Source of the DNA: Candidatus Arthromitus sp. SFB-mouse-Japan
Lineage (GTDB): Bacteria > Bacillota > Clostridia > Clostridiales > Clostridiaceae
Reading direction: 5' to 3'
Assembly: GCF_000270205.1 (NCBI RefSeq)
Contig: NC_015913.1
Coordinates: 630,001-662,000 of the forward strand
Length of the DNA stretch: 32,000 bases
The position numbers and the translations under genes are program-made. Positions 1 to 7,534 of the stretch are shown here, in pieces. The notes beneath the pieces were generated by a model. It was not told the DNA's origin. It did not search any database and saw nothing but the letters and a program-made list of their open reading frames with translations. Position 1 is the stretch's first letter. The number at the start of each line of letters is the position of its first letter.

Positions 1-969
1 AGAATTACAAATGGTATGACCAATCGGAATTTTAATTATAACCTTCACAAAAATCTTACAAGGATGAACAAGATAGATAATCAATTGAATACAGGAAAAG
101 AGATTAATAAGATTTCCGATGATCCAGCAAAGGCTTCAAAGATTATGCGTCTTAAAACTGATATCGCAAAGAATGCTCAATACAATAAAAATATTGTTGA
201 TGCGACCAATCATCTTGATGTTACAGATAAGGCATTAGAGCAAGCTAATGATGGACTTCAAAAAATGAGGGAACTTTTGGTTAGTGCGGGTAATGCAACT
301 TATGGGTCAGATGAGAGAGCTGCACTAAAAGAAGAGATATCTCAACTTGTGAATAAAATGGGAGATATTTTAAATACAACTTTTGACGGGAAATATATAT
401 TTGGTGGTGAAAGAATTGATCAAAAGCCTGTAGAAATATCAAAAGATCCAATTAGTGGCAATATTAAGCTTGATTATAATGGAAAAAATGGTCAACAAAT
501 AACGCAAGTTGAACTTGATCAAATTAAACATCCACTTGAAATGGAAATTTCTTCTGGTGTAAAGATTGATTATGGAGTTAATGCAATTCAAATGTTGGAA
601 TTTAAGGATAAAGATGGAAATGATATTAATCTTATGGAGAGTTTCGGTGAAATTTTGCAAAATTTAGATGCAACAGATGAAACAGCTTATAAAAAACTTA
701 TAACAAAAAATTTGGAACAAATTGACAATGCACTTCAAAATATTTCAAATATTAGGGGTCAAATTGGTTCAAAACAAAACAGAATGGAAGATGCACTGGA
801 AAGAAATGAAGAAGAAAAATTTAATATTAAGGAAATTTTATCGAGTATTGAAGATATAGATTTTGCAGAAAAAACAATCGATTATGTAACAGCTATGACG
901 ATGTATACGGCTTCACTTCAAGCAAGTTCAAAGATAATGCAACCGTCATTGATCGATTATTTAAGATAA
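1..969 (+). CDS. flgL: Flagellar hook-filament junction protein FlgL (HAP3); 5' end cut by window edge
   Basis: Frame 1 is open from base 1 (RITNG-MTNRNF...), so the flagellin-superfamily N-terminus MRITN appears truncated by about one codon. It has flagellin-like N- and C-terminal helices (ISDDPAKASKIM...; ...TASLQASSKIMQPSLIDYLR) and lies directly upstream of fliW-csrA. Confidence 0.85.
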   Translation, partial: RITNGMTNRNFNYNLHKNLTRMNKIDNQLNTGKEINKISDDPAKASKIMRLKTDIAKNAQYNKNIVDATNHLDVTDKALEQANDGLQKMRELLVSAGNATYGSDERAALKEEISQLVNKMGDILNTTFDGKYIFGGERIDQKPVEISKDPISGNIKLDYNGKNGQQITQVELDQIKHPLEMEISSGVKIDYGVNAIQMLEFKDKDGNDINLMESFGEILQNLDATDETAYKKLITKNLEQIDNALQNISNIRGQIGSKQNRMEDALERNEEEKFNIKEILSSIEDIDFAEKTIDYVTAMTMYTASLQASSKIMQPSLIDYLR

Positions 970-1073
970 ACTTGATTGTATATATTTTTTAAACAGGATA
1001 ATAATAATATTAAAAATATTTTTAAAAAGTATTTTAAATTTTTTAATTTTTGAATTTAGGAGGAATTTAATCA

Positions 1074-1481
1074 ATGGGAGAGCAAATGGTTTTAAAAAAT
1101 GGTAGTGTAGTATTTGAAAAAGGGTTACCTGGATTTGATGGGCTTAAAAATTTTGAATTGGCGGCATTAGAGCAAGTTGGATTTTTTAATTTAAGTTCTT
1201 CTGAGCAGGAAAATATTTCTCTTCTATTAATTGATCCATATATTTATTTTCCTAATTATGAAATAGAAATTGATGATAATACAACAAAGAGATTAGGAAT
1301 AAAAGATGCAACTGATGTTTTAGTTTTAAGTGTTGTAACATTAAATGATGATGTAGAAAAAATAACTGTGAATTTAAGAGCTCCTATAATTATTAATCTT
1401 ACAACTGGAAAGTGTGAGCAAGTAATATTAGATAGAGAAGATTATTTGGTTAGACAATCATTAGTAGTCAAAAGAGGGTGA
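1074..1481 (+). CDS. fliW: Flagellar assembly factor FliW
   Basis: 135 aa with AGGAGG 8 nt upstream of the ATG. The N-terminus (FEKGLPGFDGLKNFEL) is typical of FliW, and the gene is immediately followed by csrA, the conserved Firmicute pair. Confidence 0.9.
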   Translation: MGEQMVLKNGSVVFEKGLPGFDGLKNFELAALEQVGFFNLSSSEQENISLLLIDPYIYFPNYEIEIDDNTTKRLGIKDATDVLVLSVVTLNDDVEKITVNLRAPIIINLTTGKCEQVILDREDYLVRQSLVVKRG

Positions 1482-1488
1482 TTTTTAA

Positions 1489-1713
1489 GTGTTAGTTATT
1501 TCGCGTAAGAAAGAGGAGAGTTTATTCATTGGAGATGACATTGAGATAAAGGTTGTGAAGATTGAGGACAATTGCGTTAAACTAGCAATAGAAGCTCCGA
1601 AAGAATTAAAGATTTTAAGAAAAGAGCTTATACAAGATATTAGTTCCCAAAACAAAAAATCTGTTTCTTCTAATATGATTGACGTTATTTCTAAGATTGA
1701 TAATCTAAAATAG
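1489..1713 (+). CDS. csrA: Carbon storage regulator / translational repressor CsrA (GTG start)
   Basis: 74 aa beginning [47 protein letters not shown], the canonical CsrA fold sequence. The GTG start lies 8 nt after the fliW stop. Confidence 0.93.
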   Translation: MLVISRKKEESLFIGDDIEIKVVKIEDNCVKLAIEAPKELKILRKELIQDISSQNKKSVSSNMIDVISKIDNLK

Positions 1714-1750
1714 GTAGGTTTATATAATTATTATTTGAAAATAGGTAGGT
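1707..1750 (+). repeat. 13-nt direct repeat AAAATAGGTAGGT x2 (1707-1719 and 1738-1750)
   Basis: Exact duplicate read directly from the sequence. Copy 1 contains the csrA stop codon (TAG 1711-1713). Copy 2 supplies the SD-like AGGTAGGT 7 nt upstream of the fliS ATG. Confidence 0.9.
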
Positions 1751-1757
1751 AATATTT

Positions 1758-2138
1758 ATGTTAAACGCAAGGGATACTTATAAGAACAGCAGTATTAACA
1801 ATGTGTCGAAAGAAAAGCTCTTGATTATGTTAGTTGAAGGTGGAGTCAAGTTTTGTAAAATTGCAAAACTTGCCTTTAAAACTAATAATTTAAAAGAGAT
1901 TCATACGAACTTGGTTAAAGCTCAAGATATTTTTTATGAGCTAATGATAACATTAGATACTGAAAAAGGTGGGGTTTGGGCAGAAAACCTAAAAAGTATA
2001 TACGCTTTTATAATAGATAGGCTTTCTAGATGTAATATTGAAAAGAACGAAGCGATACTTGATGAAGTTTTCCCTGTTGTTCAAGAAGTGAATGATATGT
2101 GGCAAGAGGTTTACAAGAAGGTAGTTAATTCAAAATAA
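1758..2138 (+). CDS. fliS: Flagellin-specific export chaperone FliS
   Basis: 126 aa helical protein. The N-terminal pattern (YKNSSINNVSKEKLLIMLVEGGVKFCKIA) matches the FliS family, and it is adjacent to fliD. Confidence 0.85.
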   Translation: MLNARDTYKNSSINNVSKEKLLIMLVEGGVKFCKIAKLAFKTNNLKEIHTNLVKAQDIFYELMITLDTEKGGVWAENLKSIYAFIIDRLSRCNIEKNEAILDEVFPVVQEVNDMWQEVYKKVVNSK

Positions 2139-2155
2139 TTGTAGGAGGGATATAT

Positions 2156-4555
2156 ATGTCATCGATTCAAATGACTGGTATGGCCTCTGGTTTGGATACA
2201 AAAGCTATTGTAGAAAGTATGCTTCAGACCGAAAAAAGCAAGATTGATCGCATTAATCAAAATAAACAAATACTGGAGTGGAGACAAGAACTTTATAGAG
2301 AATTAATAAATGATGTTAGAGATTTTACTAAAAAGTATTTTGACCCATTGAATAAAGAAACGTATATAATGGGTTCTTCATCTCTTTCTGGGATAAAAGC
2401 TGATTCAACGGTTGATAAAACTATAGCAAATATTATAGCTGGAGGGACAGCTGAACCAGGAAATTATGAATTAAAAATGACGCAAATGGCACAATCTGCG
2501 AAAGTTAGTGGCTCGAATGTAATAAACCAATCTACGGTTAAAGGAGATTTGAGGATACCGGTTATTGTTGGAGATAGCAATAACACAATAAAAATTGACG
2601 GCTATGAGATAAAATTAGATTCAAAGGCATTTGATAGTAAAGAAAGTCTAGCTAAAGCTATAAATGTAAAAATCCAACATAATGAATCAACAAAAGATAA
2701 ATATGAGGTTTCAGTTAATAAAGATGGACAACTTGAAGTTAAAAGTAATTTTGTTGTAGATGATACCAACAATTCTATAGAAATTAATGTTGGTGGTAAG
2801 TATTACACGATTAAGTTAGATAAAGGAGCATATAGTCAGGATAAACTTGTAAGTGAAATAAAGTCAAAACTTAAAAAGCAAATACCTGATGAGGAATACA
2901 AAGAATTAAAAGTAGAAGTTGATGAAAGTGGACAAGTTAAAGTAAATGATACCGCATTAGATTCAAAATATAAATTTGAAACTCCAAAGGTTTCAATTAA
3001 AGGACAAGAATCAACCAAAGCTGATGGAGCAAGTAATATTTTGAATTATGAATCTAAATTCGTAAAGGGTGAAAATTCAGATTTAGTTATAAGCGTTAGA
3101 GGACAAACTCCTACTGTAATAGATTTGTCAGATGTAGATAATTCAAAAAGTAAACAAGAAGTACTGGATCAAATTTCAGAAAAGATCAATGAACATAAGG
3201 ATGTAACAAATGTAAGTAGTAGCGTAGTTAATGGAAAACTTGTGTTTAAGACAAACAGCAAGGAACAAATCGTTATTAGTGGGAATGCTGCAAATTCAAT
3301 TGGTATCGGTAACAGTTTAGACATGACCCTTGATGTTAAGACTGAAAAGATGGTAAATGTTTTAAACTTTGATGATCCAAATAATAAAAAAGTTGAATTT
3401 ACGATTAATGGTGAAACTTTTAAATATGATTTTGGATCTAAAGAAGATAAAGATGGATATAAAGGTGGACAAGATTTGACAATAAAACAGGTATTTTCTG
3501 ATATTTCATCAAGAGCAAAAGTTAATATTTCTTATAATACGATTTCTAGGACTTTTAACATAGAGTCCAAAGAAACAGGAAAAGAAGTTGTGTTAACAGG
3601 AAGTGATACTTCGGGGAAATTTATTGAATCTTTATTTGGTACCGGTACATTAGATGCAAAAGGAGAGAGTGCTGTTGTGGAATTTACAGACGGAGATGGG
3701 AACAGTAATATCTTTGAATTTGCATCAAATAATTTTACACTTTCAGGAATTACTTTTGATATAAAAACTCTACCAACAGAACCTATAAAAGTAAGCATTG
3801 TTGAAGATATGGATAAGACTGTTGATTTGATGAAGCAATTTGTTGAAGATTTTAATGAGATTATGGATGATCTCAACACTAAGACAAGAGAGAGGAAGAA
3901 CTCAAAGTATTCACCTTTGACTGAGGCACAAAAAGAGGCGATGACTGAAAAGGAAATTGAGCTTTGGGAAAAGAAAGCAAAGCAGGGAATACTTGGAAAT
4001 GAGACAAAACTTGAAAGTTTTATGTATGAGCTCAGAAATGCAATTTTTACACCAGTTGATGGTGTGAGTGTGGGTATGCGTGAAATTGGACTCGATACAT
4101 CGAATGATTATAAGCAAGGTGGAAAAATTATATTTGATGAAGAAAAGTTTAGGAAAGCTTTGGCTAATGATCCACAGAATATTTCAGAATTATTTACAAA
4201 GACTTCTGATAGTGGACATGAAAATTATGATCCTGATTTGACTGCTGAGGAGAGGAAAGCAAAGAATGCTGATCAGGGTATTTTTAGAAGAATAAACGAT
4301 GTTGTGAATGACTATACGAGAACGACAAGAAACAAAAATGGGGAAAAGGGTACGTTTATTGAGATTGCTGGTATAGAAGGAGATACAACGTATACGAGCA
4401 ACACTATATCAAACAAGATTAAGGAATATGATAAAAAAATTGATAGACTCAATGATTTGATGACTACAAGAGAAAATAGATATTATGCACAATTTACACG
4501 GTTAGAAACTGCGTTAAGTAAGCTACAATCTCAGGCATCGATGTTCATGCAATAA
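2156..4555 (+). CDS. fliD: Flagellar filament cap protein FliD (HAP2), unusually long (799 aa)
   Basis: FliD N-terminus (SSIQMTGMASGLDTKAIVESMLQTEKSKIDRINQNKQILEWRQELY) and FliD C-terminal coiled coil (RENRYYAQFTRLETALSKLQSQASMFMQ). GGAGGG RBS. Confidence 0.92.
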   Translation: MSSIQMTGMASGLDTKAIVESMLQTEKSKIDRINQNKQILEWRQELYRELINDVRDFTKKYFDPLNKETYIMGSSSLSGIKADSTVDKTIANIIAGGTAEPGNYELKMTQMAQSAKVSGSNVINQSTVKGDLRIPVIVGDSNNTIKIDGYEIKLDSKAFDSKESLAKAINVKIQHNESTKDKYEVSVNKDGQLEVKSNFVVDDTNNSIEINVGGKYYTIKLDKGAYSQDKLVSEIKSKLKKQIPDEEYKELKVEVDESGQVKVNDTALDSKYKFETPKVSIKGQESTKADGASNILNYESKFVKGENSDLVISVRGQTPTVIDLSDVDNSKSKQEVLDQISEKINEHKDVTNVSSSVVNGKLVFKTNSKEQIVISGNAANSIGIGNSLDMTLDVKTEKMVNVLNFDDPNNKKVEFTINGETFKYDFGSKEDKDGYKGGQDLTIKQVFSDISSRAKVNISYNTISRTFNIESKETGKEVVLTGSDTSGKFIESLFGTGTLDAKGESAVVEFTDGDGNSNIFEFASNNFTLSGITFDIKTLPTEPIKVSIVEDMDKTVDLMKQFVEDFNEIMDDLNTKTRERKNSKYSPLTEAQKEAMTEKEIELWEKKAKQGILGNETKLESFMYELRNAIFTPVDGVSVGMREIGLDTSNDYKQGGKIIFDEEKFRKALANDPQNISELFTKTSDSGHENYDPDLTAEERKAKNADQGIFRRINDVVNDYTRTTRNKNGEKGTFIEIAGIEGDTTYTSNTISNKIKEYDKKIDRLNDLMTTRENRYYAQFTRLETALSKLQSQASMFMQ

Positions 4556-4579
4556 TATTTAATTTTGAGGTGAGTGTTT

Positions 4580-4918
4580 ATGGAAGAGTTGGTTTATAAT
4601 CAGTTAAAAATATTTAAAGATCTTACCATGAGAATTATTGATGCTGTGAACTTTGAAGATACGGAAATGGTCTTGGATCTTATAGATGAAAGACAGATTG
4701 TATTAAATGAATTAGATGGATGCGATAAAGATATATTGATTAAATGTGCTAAAGATTTAGATATTATAAAGATGGATTCATTGCTTGAATCTCTTATGAA
4801 AAATAAGATAAGCGACATTTATGATGAGATTAAAAATATTAGTAAAGAGCGTAAAACAGTGCAAGCATATAACAATAATAATTCATCAAATTATTCTGCA
4901 TTTGTGTATGAAGTCTAA
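4580..4918 (+). CDS. Small helical protein, putative flagellar export chaperone (FliT/FlgN-like); function unproven
   Basis: About 112 aa acidic helical ORF directly after fliD, the position of fliT in Bacillus. The ATG at 4580 sits 7 nt after GAGGTG and is preferred over the in-frame GTG at 4574. No diagnostic motif was recognised. Confidence 0.45.
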   Translation: MEELVYNQLKIFKDLTMRIIDAVNFEDTEMVLDLIDERQIVLNELDGCDKDILIKCAKDLDIIKMDSLLESLMKNKISDIYDEIKNISKERKTVQAYNNNNSSNYSAFVYEV

Positions 4919-4953
4919 ACAATTTTTTGTAAATGAGTAAATGAGGTGATTTT

Positions 4954-5943
4954 ATGATTAGAGGTATGTATGCAGGTATCAGTGGTATGAAGGCTCAACA
5001 GAATAAATTGGATGTTATTGGTAACAACTTAGCAAACGTTTCAACGACAGGTTTTAAAGGTTCAAGGGTTGTGTTTAAAGATATGATGTATCAGAATTCA
5101 TCAAATGCAGTTGGGGCGTCAAATAACCTTGGAGGAAGTAATGCGAAGCAAGTTGGTCTTGGTGCTAGTGTGGGAAGCATTGATAGAGTAATGGGACAAG
5201 GTATGATGCAACCAACAGGACGTCCACTAGACTTGGCTATGGATGGCGAAGGATTTTTTATGGTAGCAAAAGGTCCAGTTGCACACAAGGATGGTGACAT
5301 AACAATTGATCAAGACGGAAAACTTGATGCAGGTGGCCGTGAAATAATGTATACAAGAGATGGATCGCTATCTTTGGATTCTGAAGGATATCTTGTTACA
5401 TCAAGTGGTGAGAGGGTACTTGGTTATGTTATGACTGATGGTATGGACGATGATGGAACTATTAATTATGTTGATGCTGATTCTCCAGATCTAGAGGCAG
5501 CAGATGGATTAAGAACGCTTAGAATACCAGATAAAGTTAAGTTTCCAGCAGCAAATGGTGGACAAGATGAATACAAAAAAGTTATATCATATTCAATTGG
5601 GAAAGATGGGGTAATAACTGGAGTTGTTGAAGGTGGACAAATGACTGTTATTGGACAACTTGCTACAGCTAGTTTTAAAAATGCCGAAGGTCTTGAGGCA
5701 GTAGGGAATAATATGTATTTGAACTCTGCAAACTCTGGAACTCCATTAATATCAACAGGACTTGGAGATGATGAGCCTATAGAGAATGGCAGCATAATGC
5801 AAGGTATGCTTGAGATGTCAAACGTTGATATAGCTGAGCAATTTACAGATCTTATAGTTACAAGTAGAGCGTTTCAGGCTTCATCAAAAATTATTTCTGC
5901 TAGTGATGAGATACTTCAAGAAGTTGTTAATTTAAAAAGGTAG
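4954..5943 (+). CDS. flgE: Flagellar hook protein FlgE-family (hook/rod Flg_bb_rod protein)
   Basis: N-terminus MYAGISGMKAQQNKLDVIGNNLANVSTTGFK and C-terminus SNVDIAEQFTDLIVTSRAFQASSKIISASDEILQEVVNLKR are the conserved hook/rod terminal domains, most like short Firmicute FlgE. Confidence 0.8.
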   Translation: MIRGMYAGISGMKAQQNKLDVIGNNLANVSTTGFKGSRVVFKDMMYQNSSNAVGASNNLGGSNAKQVGLGASVGSIDRVMGQGMMQPTGRPLDLAMDGEGFFMVAKGPVAHKDGDITIDQDGKLDAGGREIMYTRDGSLSLDSEGYLVTSSGERVLGYVMTDGMDDDGTINYVDADSPDLEAADGLRTLRIPDKVKFPAANGGQDEYKKVISYSIGKDGVITGVVEGGQMTVIGQLATASFKNAEGLEAVGNNMYLNSANSGTPLISTGLGDDEPIENGSIMQGMLEMSNVDIAEQFTDLIVTSRAFQASSKIISASDEILQEVVNLKR

Positions 5944-5952
5944 CATAACAGG

Positions 5953-5988
5953 AGGCACTAAAATTTTAGTGGCTTTTGTTATTTTTTT
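5953..5988 (+). terminator. Rho-independent terminator after the FlgE-family gene
   Basis: Stem CACTAA/TTAGTG with a 4-nt loop and flanking extra pairs, followed by TTTGTTATTTTTTT. Confidence 0.6.
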
Positions 5989-5990
5989 AA

Positions 5991-6017
5991 TAAAGTTATT
6001 TTTAGATTCTTCGATAA
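5991..6017 (+). promoter_or_regulatory. SigmaD (sigma28/FliA)-type promoter for flagellin 1
   Basis: TAAA (5991-5994), a 15-nt spacer, then TTCGATAA (6010-6017), compared with the Bacillus sigmaD consensus TAAA-N15-GCCGATAT. The CGATA core is intact. It lies about 170 nt upstream of the flagellin ATG. Confidence 0.6.
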
Positions 6018-6023
6018 TGAGAA

Positions 6024-6048
6024 ATGTAACGCTTTGATTGTGTTACAT
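6024..6048 (+). promoter_or_regulatory. 5'-proximal stem-loop in the predicted flagellin-1 leader
   Basis: ATGTAAC (6024-6030) pairs with GTTACAT (6042-6048) around an 11-nt loop. It sits at the predicted 5' end of the sigmaD transcript and could act as an mRNA stabiliser. Confidence 0.35.
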
Positions 6049-6148
6049 GCTAGATAAAAATTCCTAACATGTTTATAAATACAACATTTTAAAAAGTATA
6101 TGAAATAGATAAAATTACAATAATAAGTAATGTCTGAATATTTGTTTA

Positions 6149-6187
6149 ACACAAGGATGTAAGATGAAATTCAAGGAGGAATGAACA
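6149..6187 (+). promoter_or_regulatory. Putative CsrA-binding translation-initiation region of flagellin 1
   Basis: CACAAGGATGT (GGA 6155-6157) plus AAGGAGGA overlapping the SD (6173-6180). Two GGA sites, one on the SD, is the arrangement by which Bacillus CsrA represses hag. Confidence 0.5.
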
Positions 6188-7390
6188 ATGATAATTAACC
6201 ACAATATGAATGCGATGAACGCACATAGAAATATGGGAAGTACAACAGTTTCACAAGGTAAATCAATGGAGAAATTAAGCTCAGGTTTGAGAATTAATAG
6301 AGCAGGGGATGACGCAGCAGGTCTTGCGATTTCTGAGAAAATGAGATCACAAATAAGAGGACTTAACCAAGCGTCAAGAAACGCACAAGATGGTATTTCA
6401 ATGATTCAAACAGCAGAAGGAGCATTGTCCGAGACTCAAGCAATAGGACAAAGGATGAGGGAACTTGCAGTTCAATCTGCAAACGGAACTTATACAGATG
6501 AAGATAGAGAACTTATTAACCAAGAGTTTAATCAATTGAAATCTGAGATTGATAGAATAGCTAACGATACTGAGTTCAATGGTAGTAAGGTTCTTAATGG
6601 AGATAAATCAGGAGAAAAAATTGAATTTGATACTGGTTCAATTACAAGTACAGCAGTTAATGGTGGTACTCCATTAGATGCTGCAAATGCAGTAAATGTT
6701 TTTTTGGAAACTGATTTAAAAAATGTTAATACTTTAGGTGAAGGTACGTTCCATCTTAAGTTAACAGTTGATGGGAATGAGGCAAAAATAGAATTAACAG
6801 ATACATCTAAGTTTAATGATAATAAGGCGTATGTATTAGATAGTATAGTTATTAAAGATGGAGCTGTTGGTAATGATGAACATGAGATAACACTAGGTGG
6901 AGCGGATTTTAAATTAGCAAAATTGAAAACTCATATACAAGATGCAAATGTAGAAACAGTTGACCTTACTTTGAATAACAAAGTTACAGAAAAAACTGAT
7001 GGTGTTGAACTCCAAGTTGGTGCTAACAAAGATCAAATGATAGGTGTAAGCATCGGGAATATGGGTTCAAGAGAGTTAGGATTAGGTGGAGTAAATGTTT
7101 CTACTGCTGAAGATGCAAAAGATGCAATCGGAAGATTAGATGAGGCAGTTTCAAGAATTTCTGCACAAAGAGCTGACCTTGGTGCTGCTCAAAACAGACT
7201 TGAGCACACAATCGCATCAACAGATAACACAGCTGAAAACTTACAAGCTGCTGAATCAAGAATAAGAGACGTTGATATGGCAAAAGAAATGATGAACTTA
7301 ACAAAGTTAAACGTTCTTCAACAAGCATCTCAATCAATGCTTGCACAAGCAAACCAAGCACCACAACAAGTACTTTCTATATTGAGATAA
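6188..7390 (+). CDS. fliC: Flagellin, copy 1 (400 aa)
   Basis: MIINHNMNAMNAHRNM...GLRINRAGDDAAGLAISEKMRSQIRGLNQASRNAQDGISMIQTAEGAL at the N-terminus and ...NRLEHTIASTDNTAENLQAAESRIRDVDMAKEMMNLTKLNVLQQASQSMLAQANQAPQQVLSILR at the C-terminus. These are canonical D0/D1 flagellin domains. Confidence 0.97.
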   Translation: MIINHNMNAMNAHRNMGSTTVSQGKSMEKLSSGLRINRAGDDAAGLAISEKMRSQIRGLNQASRNAQDGISMIQTAEGALSETQAIGQRMRELAVQSANGTYTDEDRELINQEFNQLKSEIDRIANDTEFNGSKVLNGDKSGEKIEFDTGSITSTAVNGGTPLDAANAVNVFLETDLKNVNTLGEGTFHLKLTVDGNEAKIELTDTSKFNDNKAYVLDSIVIKDGAVGNDEHEITLGGADFKLAKLKTHIQDANVETVDLTLNNKVTEKTDGVELQVGANKDQMIGVSIGNMGSRELGLGGVNVSTAEDAKDAIGRLDEAVSRISAQRADLGAAQNRLEHTIASTDNTAENLQAAESRIRDVDMAKEMMNLTKLNVLQQASQSMLAQANQAPQQVLSILR

Positions 7391-7394
7391 TGAA

Positions 7395-7425
7395 GGGATG
7401 CCTCAGGGCATTCCTTTTTATTTTT
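7395..7425 (+). terminator. Rho-independent terminator between the two flagellin genes
   Basis: GGGATGCC (7395-7402), loop TCAG, GGCATTCC (7407-7414): 8 bp with one G-U pair, followed by TTTTTATTTTT. Confidence 0.8.
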
Positions 7426-7484
7426 AAATCTGAAATTTATACCAGTATAGCAAGCAAATAAACCACTAATAATATAACTATGTC

Positions 7485-7534
7485 TAGGATGTTTGGCAGG
7501 GACGTAAGGATGAAATTCAAGGAGGAATATAACA
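7485..7534 (+). promoter_or_regulatory. Putative CsrA-binding translation-initiation region of flagellin 2
   Basis: GGA motifs at 7487, 7500 and 7508, plus GGAGGA on the SD (7521-7526). The 20 nt GATGAAATTCAAGGAGGAAT are identical to the flagellin-1 leader. Confidence 0.5.

Noticed and set aside
2836-5795. Several antisense ORFs within fliD and the FlgE-family gene (2836-3018, 3532-3879, 3911-4117, 5091-5300, 5466-5795). One contains an HTHTHT run derived from a GT-rich patch near 4060-4082.
   Set aside because: All are fully nested antisense to well-supported genes and have no RBS. The GT-rich patch is only ~20 nt and encodes GVSVGMR in FliD, so it is not a microsatellite or phase-variation tract.
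7101-7364. 87-aa antisense ORF inside flagellin 1, with a matching 92-aa antisense ORF (8439-8717) in flagellin 2. Their apparent conservation could suggest a hidden gene.
   Set aside because: Both lie opposite the most conserved flagellin C-terminal coding region, so their conservation is a by-product of the sense strand. They have no RBS and a Leu/Gln-rich low-complexity translation.
7425-7449. Possible sigmaD promoter for flagellin 2 (TAAA ... ACCAGTAT).
   Set aside because: It matches only 5 of 8 positions in the -10 element, lacks the CGATA core, and has a spacer of about 12 nt instead of 15. It is reported as an open question rather than a feature.
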